From contig CAWKBM010000001.1 in assembly GCA_963847855.1 (NCBI GenBank), positions 442,892-506,891 of the forward strand: a stretch of 64,000 nucleotides of DNA, written 5' to 3'. The position numbers were made by a program, and so were the translations under genes. The notes below the pieces were generated by a model. The model had not been told where the DNA came from. It searched no databases and worked only from the letters and a program-made list of their open reading frames with translations. Shown here piece by piece: positions 20,317 through 30,192 of the stretch. Position 1 is the stretch's first letter, and the number at the start of each line of letters is the position of its first letter. This DNA comes from an uncultured Acidimicrobiales bacterium. GTDB lineage: Bacteria > Actinomycetota > Acidimicrobiia > Acidimicrobiales > DATKAS01.

Positions 20317-21911
20317 CGGGACGCGCGCGCCGGGCCGCGCTGCGGGTCGCGCTGCTCGTCGTGCCGATCGCGTTCCTCGCCGTCTTCTTCGTGTGGCCCG
20401 TCGCCACCATCGTGAATCGGGGCATCAGCGCCGAGGGGTTCCGCGAGGTCTTCACGGACGATCGCCTTCGAGGGGTCGCGTGGTTCACGGTCTGGCAGGC
20501 AACCGCGTCCACCGCGCTCACGCTGCTCGTCGCGCTCCCCGGCACCTACGTGCTGTCGCGATACCGGTTCTTCGGAAGGTCCACGGTCAGGGCGCTCGTC
20601 ACGGTCCCCTTCGTGCTGCCGACGGTCGTGGTCGGCGCCGCGTTCAGCCGCGTCCTCCCCCATCGCTTCGACCAGACGGTCTGGGCGATCCTGATCGCGC
20701 ACGTCTTCTTCAACTACGCGGTCGTCGTGCGCCTCGTCGGCGGCCTGTGGGCCAACCTCGATCCGCGTCTCGACGAGAGCGCGGCGATGCTCGGGGCGCC
20801 GCGGTGGCGCTCGCTCGTCGAGGTCGATCTGCCCTTGCTCGCGCCGGCGATCGCGGCGGCGAGCGCGATCGTGTTCCTCTTCACCTTCACCTCGTTCGGC
20901 GTCATCCTCCTGCTCGGCGGGCCCCGGCACTCGACCTTGGAGGTCGAGATCTACCGCCAGACCGCGCAGCTCCTCGACCTGCAGGTCGCGGCGGCGCTGG
21001 CCCTGGTGCAGCTCGTGGCCGTCGTCGCGCTGCTCTTCGTGACGACTCGACTGCAGAGCCGGCTCGCGGTGCAGCGGCGCATGAGGCGCCGGGACGAGGC
21101 GAGCGCTCCGGTACGCACCCGCGGACAGCGAGCGCTGCTCACGACGAACCTCGTCGTCATGGCCGTGCTGCTCGGCGTGCCCCTGCTCGCGCTGGTCGAA
21201 CGGTCCTTCAGCGTGCCCGGAGGCGGTCACGGGCTCACCTGGTATCGGGAGCTCGCGTCGACGGGGAACAGCGGCCTCTTCGTGCCACCCACCGAGGCGA
21301 TCCGCAACTCACTCGTGTTCGCAGTGATCGCCACGGTCATCGCAACCGTCGTCGGCGGCCTCGCCTCGATCGCGATCGGCGGTAGGCACACCCGCACCTG
21401 GCTCGATGTCGGGCTGATGCTGCCGCTCGGCGTGTCGGCGGTGACGATCGGCTTCGGCTTCCTGATCACGCTCGATCGGCCGCCGCTCGACCTGCGGGCG
21501 AAAGCAATCCTCATCCCGATCGCGCAGGCGCTCGTCGCGTTGCCGTTCGTGGTTCGGTCGGTGGTGCCGGTGCTGCGCTCGATCGACGACCGCCTCCGTC
21601 AGGCCGCGGCCGTGCTCGGCGCGTCTCCCAGCCGCACCTGGAGGGAGATCGACCTGCCGCTCGTCTCTCGTGCGCTCGCAGTCGGCGCGGGTTTCGCGTT
21701 CGCGATCTCGCTCGGGGAGTTCGGCGCGACGGTGTTCGTCGCGAGACCCGACACGCCGACCCTGCCGATCGCCATCTTCCGGTTGCTCGGCAGGCCGGGG
21801 GCGGCGAACTACGGGCAGGCGATGGCGATGGCGACGATCCTGATGGCGCTGACGGTCGTGTGCGTGCTGGCCTTCGAGCGCGCCCGCCTCGGCGATCTCG
21901 GAGACTTCTGA
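20313..21911 (+). CDS. thiP: Thiamine ABC transporter permease
   Basis: Two EAA-like loops, FTSFG, SLGEFGAT; operon context. Confidence 0.85.
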   Translation: MTGRARRAALRVALLVVPIAFLAVFFVWPVATIVNRGISAEGFREVFTDDRLRGVAWFTVWQATASTALTLLVALPGTYVLSRYRFFGRSTVRALVTVPFVLPTVVVGAAFSRVLPHRFDQTVWAILIAHVFFNYAVVVRLVGGLWANLDPRLDESAAMLGAPRWRSLVEVDLPLLAPAIAAASAIVFLFTFTSFGVILLLGGPRHSTLEVEIYRQTAQLLDLQVAAALALVQLVAVVALLFVTTRLQSRLAVQRRMRRRDEASAPVRTRGQRALLTTNLVVMAVLLGVPLLALVERSFSVPGGGHGLTWYRELASTGNSGLFVPPTEAIRNSLVFAVIATVIATVVGGLASIAIGGRHTRTWLDVGLMLPLGVSAVTIGFGFLITLDRPPLDLRAKAILIPIAQALVALPFVVRSVVPVLRSIDDRLRQAAAVLGASPSRTWREIDLPLVSRALAVGAGFAFAISLGEFGATVFVARPDTPTLPIAIFRLLGRPGAANYGQAMAMATILMALTVVCVLAFERARLGDLGDF

Positions 21912-21912
21912 C

Positions 21913-22620
21913 GTGCTGACGGTCGAAGGCGCGGTCGTGCGCTACGGGGATCGGGCCGCGCTCGATGCTGTCGACCTCGCGGTCGCGGACGGTGCGTTGG
22001 TCGCCGTCCTCGGTCCGAGCGGATCGGGGAAGTCGACGTTGCTGCGCGCGATCGCGGGGCTCGAGCCACTCGCCGCGGGGCGCGTCCGTTGGGATGGCGA
22101 CGACCTCGCGAAGGTGCCTCCCCATCAGCGGCGATTCGGGCTGATGTTCCAGGACTACGCCCTCTTTCCCCACAAGGACGTCGCCGGCAACGTCGCCTTC
22201 GGGCTACGAATGCAGGGGAGATCTCCGGCGGAGATCGCTCGCCGCACGCAGGAAGTCCTCGCGCTCGTCGACCTCGAGGGCTTCGAGGGCCGCTCGGTCA
22301 CGACGCTCTCTGGTGGTGAGCAACAGCGGGTCGCGCTGGCGCGTGCACTCGCCCCCGAGCCTCGCCTCCTCATGCTCGACGAGCCGCTCGGCGCCCTCGA
22401 TCGCACGCTGCGGGAACGCCTCACGATCGAGCTCGAGCATCTGCTGCACACCATCGGGATGACGTCGATCTACGTCACCCACGACCACGCCGAGGCGCGA
22501 GCCATCGGTGATCAGCTCGTCGTGATGCGGACTGGCAAGATCGAGCAGATGGGCACCCCGGAAGAGATCGTGGCGAATCCCGCGAACGACTTCGTCGCCA
22601 CGTTCGTCGGCGTTCGATGA
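21913..22620 (+). CDS. thiQ: Thiamine ABC transporter ATP-binding protein
   Basis: GPSGSGKS, LSGGEQQR, LDEP; operon context. Confidence 0.8.
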   Translation: MLTVEGAVVRYGDRAALDAVDLAVADGALVAVLGPSGSGKSTLLRAIAGLEPLAAGRVRWDGDDLAKVPPHQRRFGLMFQDYALFPHKDVAGNVAFGLRMQGRSPAEIARRTQEVLALVDLEGFEGRSVTTLSGGEQQRVALARALAPEPRLLMLDEPLGALDRTLRERLTIELEHLLHTIGMTSIYVTHDHAEARAIGDQLVVMRTGKIEQMGTPEEIVANPANDFVATFVGVR

Positions 22621-23633
22621 CGCGAGTCGGCTTCATCGGCACCGGCCTCATCGCGACCTATCACTCGAAGTCGTTGCGCCGAAGCGGAGCGGAAGTCGAG
22701 CGGGCCGGAGCGTTCGACATCGACGCCGAGCGGCTCGCCGCGTTCTGCGCCGCGTCGGGGCACCATGCGTGCACTTCGGAGCAAGAGGTGCTCGACAGCT
22801 GTGACGCGGTCTACATCTGCACCTGGACGTCGGAGCACCCGAGGCTCGTCGAGGCCGCGGCGGCCCGTGGGCTCGCGATCTTCTGTGAGAAGCCCCTCGC
22901 GATGAGTGAGGCGGCGGCGCGGGCCATGACCGAGACCGTCGAGCGCGCGGGGATCACCAACCAGGTCGGGCTCGTGCTGCGCCGATCTCCCGCCTTCCTC
23001 TGGCTCCGTCATGTGACGACTGCTCCGGAGGCCGGCGCCATCATGAGCGTGGTCTTTCGAGATGATCAATTCATCCCGATCCAGGGCCACTACTCGTCAA
23101 CGTGGCGGGGCGACGTGAGCAAGGCAGGAGCCGGCACGCTCCTCGAGCATTCGGTGCACGACATCGACATGCTCGAGTTCCTCGTCGGTCGCATCGACAT
23201 GGTGGCGGCCCGGTCCGCGTCGTTTCACGGCATCACTGGCATCGAGGATGCGATGGCCGTGTCGTTCAGCTTCGAGTCGGGAGCCGTGGGCACGCTCACC
23301 TCGATCTGGCACGACGTGATGTCGAGACCCAGCCTTCGGCGAGTGGAGGTGTTCTGCGAACGGCGATGGGCGGTGCTCGAGGGAGACGATTGGTTCGGTC
23401 CGGTGCGCTGGACGGAGAGCGACGGCACTGAGGGCACGCTCACTGGCGACGAGCTCGCCGAAGCGGTGCGTCCGCTGCTCGACGGGCCTGAGAACCCCGA
23501 CGGCGCCTTCATCGCGGCAGCAGCGCGGGGCGAGCCGGCCACTCCGGACTTCGCCACCGCGCTGCGTGCGCACGAGGTCGCCGATGCCATCTACCGATCG
23601 GCGGCAACCAGCTCGAGCGTCTCGATCAGCTGA
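22617..23633 (+). CDS. Gfo/Idh/MocA family oxidoreductase
   Basis: GFIGTG, CEKP, GTLLEHSVHDID. Confidence 0.9.
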   Translation: MTRVGFIGTGLIATYHSKSLRRSGAEVERAGAFDIDAERLAAFCAASGHHACTSEQEVLDSCDAVYICTWTSEHPRLVEAAAARGLAIFCEKPLAMSEAAARAMTETVERAGITNQVGLVLRRSPAFLWLRHVTTAPEAGAIMSVVFRDDQFIPIQGHYSSTWRGDVSKAGAGTLLEHSVHDIDMLEFLVGRIDMVAARSASFHGITGIEDAMAVSFSFESGAVGTLTSIWHDVMSRPSLRRVEVFCERRWAVLEGDDWFGPVRWTESDGTEGTLTGDELAEAVRPLLDGPENPDGAFIAAAARGEPATPDFATALRAHEVADAIYRSAATSSSVSIS

Positions 23634-25183
23634 AGGTCGCCGAGCTCGATCTCGACGTCGAGCTCTGCGCCTTCGTCCGCGGCGCGGGCCGGCAGCCACT
23701 TCAAGGCCACGAGTGCGCCGAGCACCGCGACCACAGCGGTGACGCGGGAGCCGATCACCATGCCGTCGACGAACGCCTGCCGAGCGGCCGTCACGATCGG
23801 CTCTGCCGCCGGGCCTATGCGTTGCGCGACTGCGAGCGCAGCACCGACCGAGCTGGTCGCCGCGTCGAGCGCCGGCGCCGGCAGTCTCCCGGCCGCGGCA
23901 TCGGTGAGATGGGCCGAGTAGACGGAGGACAGGATGCTGCCGATGACGGCGACGCCGAGCGCTCCGCCGAGCTCACGGGTCGTGTCGTTCACGGCGGACC
24001 CCACACCGGCCTTCTCTTTCGGCAGGGAGCCCATGATCGACTCGGTGGCCGGTGCGATGGTCAGCCCCATCCCCGAACCCATCAGCACGATGGCGACCAG
24101 GACGATGCCGTATCCAGATGTCACCGTCGAGGTGGAGGCCACGAGCAGGCCGACTGCGAAGAGCAGCATGCCGGTGGCGACGACCCGCTTGGTGCCGAAC
24201 CGCTCGACGAGCTTCGCCGAACGAGGTGCCATCACCATCACCGCGAGGGCGAACGGGATCGTGTGCACACCCGCCGAGAGCGGGCTGTAGCCGAGCACGA
24301 ACTGCAGGTACTGCGTCGACAGGAAGATGAAGCCGAAGAGCGCGAACGACACCAAGGTGACCGAGATGCTCGCGGCGGTGAATCGAGCGTTCGAGAAGAA
24401 CCGGACGTCGAGCATCGGCTCGTCGTGGCGCAGCTCGTAGGCGACGAAGATGGCGAGCACCGCGAGCGACCCGGCGAACCCGGCGATGGTCTGCGGTGAG
24501 GACCATCCGTGCTGAGGCACTTCGATGATCGTGTACACGAGGCCGACGAGGCCGACGATCGAGAGCAGCGCGCCCACCACATCGACGCGAGGAGCAGCTG
24601 GATCACGAGATGTCGGCACGAGGGCCCACCCGGCGACGATTGCCACGATCACGATCGGGATGTTGATCATGAAGACCGATCCCCACGAGTAGTGATCGAG
24701 CAGGAAGCCTCCGGTCACAGGACCGAGTGCCACCGCGACGCCGGCGATCGCCGACCACAGCCCGATCGCGACCGCACGCTCCTTGGGCACGGTGAAGACG
24801 TTCGTGAGGATCGACAACGTCGCCGGCATGATCAGCGCGGCGCCGACTCCCATGACCGCACGAGCGCCGATCAGCTGCCCCGCGCTGTCCGACAGGGCTG
24901 CGGCGAGCGAGGCGATTCCGAAGATCGCCATGCCGGTCGTGAGCGCTCCCTTGCGACCGAAGCGATCACCCAGCGCACCGAACGACAGGAGCAGGCCCGC
25001 GAAGACGAGCGTGTAGCTGTCGACGATCCACTGCAGCTGGCTGGTGGTCGCCCCGAGCTCTCGCACGAGCGAGGGCAGCGCGACGTTCACGATCGTGTTG
25101 TCCATCACGATCACGAAGAGGCTGAGGCAAAGGACTGCGAGGATCAGCCATCGCCGTGCGTGGATGTCTTCGGCTCGGGTCAT
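23591..25183 (-). CDS. DHA2 (EmrB/QacA) MFS efflux transporter
   Basis: MDNTIVNVALP, GDRFGRK, GPVTGG; about 14 hydrophobic segments. Confidence 0.9.
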   Translation of the reverse strand: MTRAEDIHARRWLILAVLCLSLFVIVMDNTIVNVALPSLVRELGATTSQLQWIVDSYTLVFAGLLLSFGALGDRFGRKGALTTGMAIFGIASLAAALSDSAGQLIGARAVMGVGAALIMPATLSILTNVFTVPKERAVAIGLWSAIAGVAVALGPVTGGFLLDHYSWGSVFMINIPIVIVAIVAGWALVPTSRDPAAPRVDVVGALLSIVGLVGLVYTIIEVPQHGWSSPQTIAGFAGSLAVLAIFVAYELRHDEPMLDVRFFSNARFTAASISVTLVSFALFGFIFLSTQYLQFVLGYSPLSAGVHTIPFALAVMVMAPRSAKLVERFGTKRVVATGMLLFAVGLLVASTSTVTSGYGIVLVAIVLMGSGMGLTIAPATESIMGSLPKEKAGVGSAVNDTTRELGGALGVAVIGSILSSVYSAHLTDAAAGRLPAPALDAATSSVGAALAVAQRIGPAAEPIVTAARQAFVDGMVIGSRVTAVVAVLGALVALKWLPARAADEGAELDVEIELGDLQLIETLELVAADR

Positions 25184-25215
25184 CACGACCTCCTGAGAGA
25201 GATTGGATCGTTGTA

Positions 25216-25252
25216 ATAACGTTGTTCTAGACCCGAGGTGTAACATCGTTAT
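25216..25252. promoter_or_regulatory. Two inverted TetR operator-like palindromes in the MFS/TetR divergent promoter
   Basis: TAAC-atc-GTTA (25241-25251) and TAAC-gtt-GTTC (25217-25227) in an AT-rich gap. Confidence 0.6.
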
Positions 25253-25283
25253 AGGATGCAGGTCAACGTGACAGGAGGCACCG

Positions 25284-25883
25284 GTGACGACCGACACCAC
25301 GAGCTCGGCGCTGATGAAGGCGGCAGCTGATCTCCTCGCGAGCGAGGGCCCCGAGGCGCTGACCGTGCGCCGCATCGCGGCCACGGCGGGGTGCTCGACC
25401 ATGGGCCTGTACTCGCGGTTCGGCGGCAAGGACGGCGTCGTCGAACGGCTCTGGCTCGACGGCTTCACGCAGCTGCGTGCGGCCGTCGAGGCCGCGCCGG
25501 TCACGGACGATCCCCTGTACGACCTCGAGCAGATCGGCGTGGCCTACCGCCACTGGGCACTCGAGAACGCGACCACCTTCGGGATCATGTTTCACCGCGC
25601 GGTGCCCGACTTCGCCCCGTCGGACGAAGCAAAGGCAGTGTCCATCCGCACCTTTGGGATCGTGGTGGAGGCCGTTCGCCGAGCGCAGGCCAAGGGCCAC
25701 TTCCCCGACGCCGAACCCGAGGACATCGCCCAGGTGGTGTGGGCGGTGGCACACGGCTCCGTGAGCCTCGAGATCGCTGGGATGACAGGCCCCTACCCTG
25801 AGCGCATGCCGGCGCGGGCCGCGATCGCCTGCAAGGCCATCGTGGCGGGGCTCGACGCCACCGGTGGTCGACATCCCGGGTGA
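25284..25883 (+). CDS. TetR/AcrR family regulator (WHG-type C-terminus)
   Basis: LTVRRIAATAGCSTMGLYSRFGGK; VWAVAHG. Confidence 0.9.
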   Translation: MTTDTTSSALMKAAADLLASEGPEALTVRRIAATAGCSTMGLYSRFGGKDGVVERLWLDGFTQLRAAVEAAPVTDDPLYDLEQIGVAYRHWALENATTFGIMFHRAVPDFAPSDEAKAVSIRTFGIVVEAVRRAQAKGHFPDAEPEDIAQVVWAVAHGSVSLEIAGMTGPYPERMPARAAIACKAIVAGLDATGGRHPG

Positions 25884-25922
25884 CCCCACGTCGTCCCTGA
25901 TCGGCGCTAACACTTCTCATCG

Positions 25923-27677
25923 GTGACTGCTGTCGACCATGCGAGGCTCACCGACGCACATCGCCTCCGTGTCCAGCGGCGCCGTGCTGCGCTGCTGGTG
26001 TGCGCTGTCGCGCTGCTGAACGTCTCGTCTGCGGTGACTCCGCCCCTGGCAAGCCGGCTGCGGTGGCTGCTCGACCTCGCGCCAGTCGAGGTTCCCCAGG
26101 CGGCCGGCAGCGCGCTCGTGTTCGCGTCGATTGCCCTCCTCGTGATCGCTCGCGGGTTGCGGCGCGGCATGCGCCACACGTGGATCGCCGCGATGGCGCT
26201 CCTTGCGGTCTCGCTCCTCACCAACCTGACCAAGGGCCTCGATGTCGAGGAGGCCGCGTGTACCGCTGCGGTCGCGTTCGCGTTGTTCCGATACCGGCAC
26301 GCGTTCCGGGTCCGTCCCGCGCCGACTGCCTTCCGCCGTGCTGCGCTCGTCGCGGTCGCGGGCGTCGCCGGCGCCATCGCGACAGGAGGGCTCCTCGTCA
26401 CGATCGTCGGTGTGCATCACCGCAGCGGCGCCGGCGACTCGGTCAGCGCCTTTGCCGAACGGCTCGCGGGCAACGCCGCGCTGCCACTGCCAGCTGCGAG
26501 TCCCTTCGTGACCCCGGCCCTCGCAGCGCTGGGCGTCGCCGTCGTGGCCGCGGTCGGTTGGATCCTCGTCGCGCCGCATCGGCGTCGCGCTCAGTCGCCA
26601 GCCGAGCACCGCGCCGAGCGTGAGCAGGCGCGCGTCATCGTCGCTCGCCACGGAGCCGACACCCTCGCCTACTTCGCGCTTCGTGACGACAAGGACTGGT
26701 TCTTCACCGGACACAGCGTCGTCGCCTACGCGGTGCGCAACGGCGTGTGCCTGGTGTCTCCCGACCCAGTCGGCCCTGCGGAAGAGCGTGCCGACGCGTG
26801 GGCCGACTTCTGCGCGTTCGCCGACGCGAACGGGTGGTCGATCGCGGTGATGGCGGCTGGCGCGCCTTGGCTGCCGATCTACCAGGCGATGGGGATGCGG
26901 GCGATCTATCTCGGGGACGAGGCGATCGTGGACTGCACCACGTTCACCCTCGACGGCGGATCGATGAAGAGCCTTCGCGGTGCGCACAACCGCGTCTCGA
27001 AGGCCGGGTACACGGTCGAGCTCATCGACCCGAACGACCTCGACAGCCGAGGGCGCCGCGAGGTGCTCGAGCTTCTGCCGGAGACCCGACGCGGCGGCAT
27101 GGAACGAGGCTTCTCGATGACGTTGTCCCGTGTCTTCGACCGCGACGACGCGGGGCTCTTGCTCGCGATCGCCCGTGACGTCGAGGGACGCGCTCAGGCT
27201 GTCTGCCAGTTCGTGCCGTCGCCCGAGGTCGACGGCTACTCCCTCGACCTCATGCGGCGCCGCCGGGACGAGTCCCTGCCGAACGGCGTCATCGACTTCG
27301 TGGTCGTCGAAACGATCCTCCACTTGCGTCGGCTCGGCCTGCGGGGTCTCGGGCTGAATTTCTCGGTGCTGCGCGCCGTGGTGTCAGGAGAACGGGGTGA
27401 CAACACGTGGGGAGGCATCGAGCGCCGCGTGCTCGCCCGGCTGAGCGAATCGGCGCAGATCGAGTCGCTCTGGCGCTTCAACGCCAAGTTCCAACCGGAA
27501 TGGCAACCGCGTTGGGTCGTCGTCGACGCGGTCGAGCATGTGCCCGCGCAGAGCTTCGCGATCGCGGACGCCGAGTCGATCTGGGAGCTGCCTGTCCTCG
27601 GTGGACTCATCGAACGCCGGGCCCGGCGGCGGGCAGCAGTGACAGGCGTGCCGGCGGCCATAGCATCGACCCCATGA
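25923..27677 (+). CDS. Phosphatidylglycerol lysyltransferase (MprF/LysX DUF2156) domain protein
   Basis: DTLAYFALRDDK, SPDPVG, GDEAIVD, ERGFSMTL, SLDLMRR, SLWRFNAKFQPEW. Confidence 0.85.
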   Translation: MTAVDHARLTDAHRLRVQRRRAALLVCAVALLNVSSAVTPPLASRLRWLLDLAPVEVPQAAGSALVFASIALLVIARGLRRGMRHTWIAAMALLAVSLLTNLTKGLDVEEAACTAAVAFALFRYRHAFRVRPAPTAFRRAALVAVAGVAGAIATGGLLVTIVGVHHRSGAGDSVSAFAERLAGNAALPLPAASPFVTPALAALGVAVVAAVGWILVAPHRRRAQSPAEHRAEREQARVIVARHGADTLAYFALRDDKDWFFTGHSVVAYAVRNGVCLVSPDPVGPAEERADAWADFCAFADANGWSIAVMAAGAPWLPIYQAMGMRAIYLGDEAIVDCTTFTLDGGSMKSLRGAHNRVSKAGYTVELIDPNDLDSRGRREVLELLPETRRGGMERGFSMTLSRVFDRDDAGLLLAIARDVEGRAQAVCQFVPSPEVDGYSLDLMRRRRDESLPNGVIDFVVVETILHLRRLGLRGLGLNFSVLRAVVSGERGDNTWGGIERRVLARLSESAQIESLWRFNAKFQPEWQPRWVVVDAVEHVPAQSFAIADAESIWELPVLGGLIERRARRRAAVTGVPAAIASTP

Positions 27678-28057
27678 GCATCGCGGTGTCGATCGAACGG
27701 TTGCGGGACGAGGTCGCCAGGTTCGGGTCGATGCCATACCTCTTGACGGTGTCCGCCGACGCGCACGCGCACGCGACCGCGGTCACGATCGAGTGGCAGG
27801 GCGACGAGCTCGTGATGGGGGTCGGCGCCCAGTCGGGCCGCAACGCCGCGGCGCAGCCGGAGGTCAGCCTGTTGTGGTCGCCGTTCGAGCCGGGCGGCTA
27901 CAGCCTGATCAGCGACGGCGTGATACGAGACATCGGCAACGAGCAGATGGCCTTCGCACCGACCCGCGCAGTGCTGCATCGCCCCGGGGTGCCGGCTGCA
28001 GCCAAGCCGGACAGCTCGTGCACCTCTGACTGCGTGCCGCTGATCACGCGGGTGTGA
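27674..28057 (+). CDS. Pyridoxamine 5'-phosphate oxidase-like small protein
   Basis: YLLTVSAD, RNAAAQPEVSLLW, GYSLISDG, PTRAVLHRP. Confidence 0.65.
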   Translation: MSIAVSIERLRDEVARFGSMPYLLTVSADAHAHATAVTIEWQGDELVMGVGAQSGRNAAAQPEVSLLWSPFEPGGYSLISDGVIRDIGNEQMAFAPTRAVLHRPGVPAAAKPDSSCTSDCVPLITRV

Positions 28058-28068
28058 TCACGCGGGTG
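28041..28068. repeat. 14-bp perfect tandem duplication TGATCACGCGGGTG at a convergent gene junction
   Basis: 28041-28054 equals 28055-28068. Confidence 0.9.
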
Positions 28069-29272
28069 TGAAGCGAAGGGGCAGGTGCGCCGGCCCCCAG
28101 ATCCCCGTCGAGTCGGGCTTCCAGTCGATCGCGCCGTCGACCTCGAGGTCGGGCATGCGCTGAGCCAGGATCGGAAGCGCCTCTTGCAGCTCGGCACGGG
28201 CGAGCCACGCACCGAGGCAGTAGTGGATCCCGCTGCCGAACGTGAGGTGGGGTGAGCTCGCCCCTTCGCGCGCGATGTCGAAGACCTCGGGATCGGCGAA
28301 CACGGCGTCGTCGTTGTTCGCCGACACGAAGCTCGGCGAGATGAACGTGTCGCGAGGGAACAGCACACCCTTGTACTCGATGTCCTCGGTCGCGAAACGG
28401 CCGGTGCCGCGGATCGCTCCGAGCACTCGCATGCTCTCCTCGGTGGCGCGCGCCGCGAGCTCGGGGCGCTCGGCGAGGAGCCGCCACTGCTCGGGGTAGC
28501 GGGTGAAGAGCGCAACGGTGCACGCGAGCTGGTTCCGGGTCGTGTCGGTGCCACCGACGAGCACGGCGACGGCCATGCCCTCCAGGTCTTCGGTGTCGAG
28601 GCGGTCTCCTGCTTCCTCGGCAGCGATGAGGTCGGTGAGCAGATCGTCCGCGGGGCTCGAGCGCCGGCGCTCGACCAGGTCGTGCACGTAGGCACTCATC
28701 TCGACCCGCGCGGCCTCGATGAGAGGGAGGTCTTCGAGGATGTTGCTGTTGAAGATGCGCAGCAGGTCACCCGCCCACCGACTGAAGAGCTTCCAGTCCT
28801 CCTCGGGCGCGCCGAGCAACCGGCAGATGATGGGGATGGGGTACGGGTCGCACACGTCGGCGACGAACTCGGTCTTTCCTGCTTCGGCGAACGGGTCGAC
28901 GAGCCGGTTGATGACTTCGCGCATGTAGGGGCGAAGGCGGTCGGCGGCCTTGGGAGTGAACGCGGGAGCGACGAGGCGGCGGAGACGTGAGTGCGTGTCG
29001 CCCTCCGCCGTCAGGATCGACGGGCGACGCTCCTGCATCACCTCCGGGTCGATCCCGAGCAGCTCGGGAAGCCGCGCTGCGGCCTGATGCCAGCGACGGT
29101 CGCGTAGGAATGCGACGCAGTCCTCGTAGCGAAGGATCGTGTAGCCGAAGTCGGTGCGGCCGATCCAGCTCTGCTCTCGCGCCTCTGCGAGCGCGCGTGC
29201 CCGCTCGTCCTGGGTCGACGCGGACATCACGTCGAGGGTCGGGATGTCGAGCTCGTCGACGGGAATGGCCAT
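28058..29272 (-). CDS. Cytochrome P450
   Basis: GGTDTT, EESMR, FGSGIHYCLG heme motif. Confidence 0.95.
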   Translation of the reverse strand: MAIPVDELDIPTLDVMSASTQDERARALAEAREQSWIGRTDFGYTILRYEDCVAFLRDRRWHQAAARLPELLGIDPEVMQERRPSILTAEGDTHSRLRRLVAPAFTPKAADRLRPYMREVINRLVDPFAEAGKTEFVADVCDPYPIPIICRLLGAPEEDWKLFSRWAGDLLRIFNSNILEDLPLIEAARVEMSAYVHDLVERRRSSPADDLLTDLIAAEEAGDRLDTEDLEGMAVAVLVGGTDTTRNQLACTVALFTRYPEQWRLLAERPELAARATEESMRVLGAIRGTGRFATEDIEYKGVLFPRDTFISPSFVSANNDDAVFADPEVFDIAREGASSPHLTFGSGIHYCLGAWLARAELQEALPILAQRMPDLEVDGAIDWKPDSTGIWGPAHLPLRFTPA

Positions 29273-29296
29273 GCCCGCCAGCGTACGCGCGCCCGC

Positions 29297-30133
29297 TCAG
29301 ATCTCGATCTTCATGAGGTCGTGCGCGAAGACGATCTCGCCGTCGAAGTGCGCGGCTGCCTCCGCGATCCACTCGTCCTCGGAGCCGGGCTGCGGTGGCG
29401 GGACCATGTGGGTGAGCACGAGCGTCTTGACGCCACCGCGCGCCGCGGTCTGCCCTGCGTCCTCACAGCTCGAGTGGTAGTCGATGACGTCGTTGAAGCG
29501 AGCGGACGGAACCGCTCGAATGAGGTCGGGGCGCACGACCGTCTGCACGTAGACGTCGGCCCCTTCGCACAGCACGTCGAGCGTGGAGCACGGCACCGTG
29601 TCGCCCGCGAGGACGATCGACTTCCCCTCGTGCTCGACTCGATAGCCGAGCGTCGGCGTGACCGGCCGGTGGTCGGTCGGCGCAGAAGCGACCCGCACAC
29701 CTTCTGCCTCGTAGGCCTTGCCAATGGCGATCTCGGTGACGTCGCAGCGGGGCGGCTCGTTGAGGTCATCGTGGTGGGCGAGTCGATAGCCGATGTCGTC
29801 GCGCAGCATCTCGATCGTGCGCTCGGCGAAGCCGGCGGTGCCGATCGGGCCGGTGACGGGCAACGGCGACAACACCGGCCATGTGGCCCATCGAGTCGTG
29901 ACCAGATCGTTGAAATCAGTCACATGGTCACTGTGCAGGTGGGTAAGAAACACCTGGTGGAGCTGTCCAGGGTGCACGCCGGCGGCGGCGAGACGCATGG
30001 TCACCCCGCGGCCGCAGTCGAACAGCAGGTTCAGCCCGCCCGCCTGCACGAGGTTCGCGGGGCCGGCGCGATCGGCCGACGGCAAGGGCGAGCCCGTGCC
30101 GAGCAAGGTGAGCGTGGCTGATGTCACGTGCAC
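29297..30133 (-). CDS. RNase Z-like / AtsA-type MBL-fold hydrolase
   Basis: LGTGSP, FDCG, THLHSDH, AGDT, LTHMVP. Confidence 0.85.
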   Translation of the reverse strand: MHVTSATLTLLGTGSPLPSADRAGPANLVQAGGLNLLFDCGRGVTMRLAAAGVHPGQLHQVFLTHLHSDHVTDFNDLVTTRWATWPVLSPLPVTGPIGTAGFAERTIEMLRDDIGYRLAHHDDLNEPPRCDVTEIAIGKAYEAEGVRVASAPTDHRPVTPTLGYRVEHEGKSIVLAGDTVPCSTLDVLCEGADVYVQTVVRPDLIRAVPSARFNDVIDYHSSCEDAGQTAARGGVKTLVLTHMVPPPQPGSEDEWIAEAAAHFDGEIVFAHDLMKIEI

Positions 30134-30192
30134 CGACGGTAGTGGGGCGGGGTTACGCTCACCCAGGGGGCCCGGCTGAGGACGCCACCACG

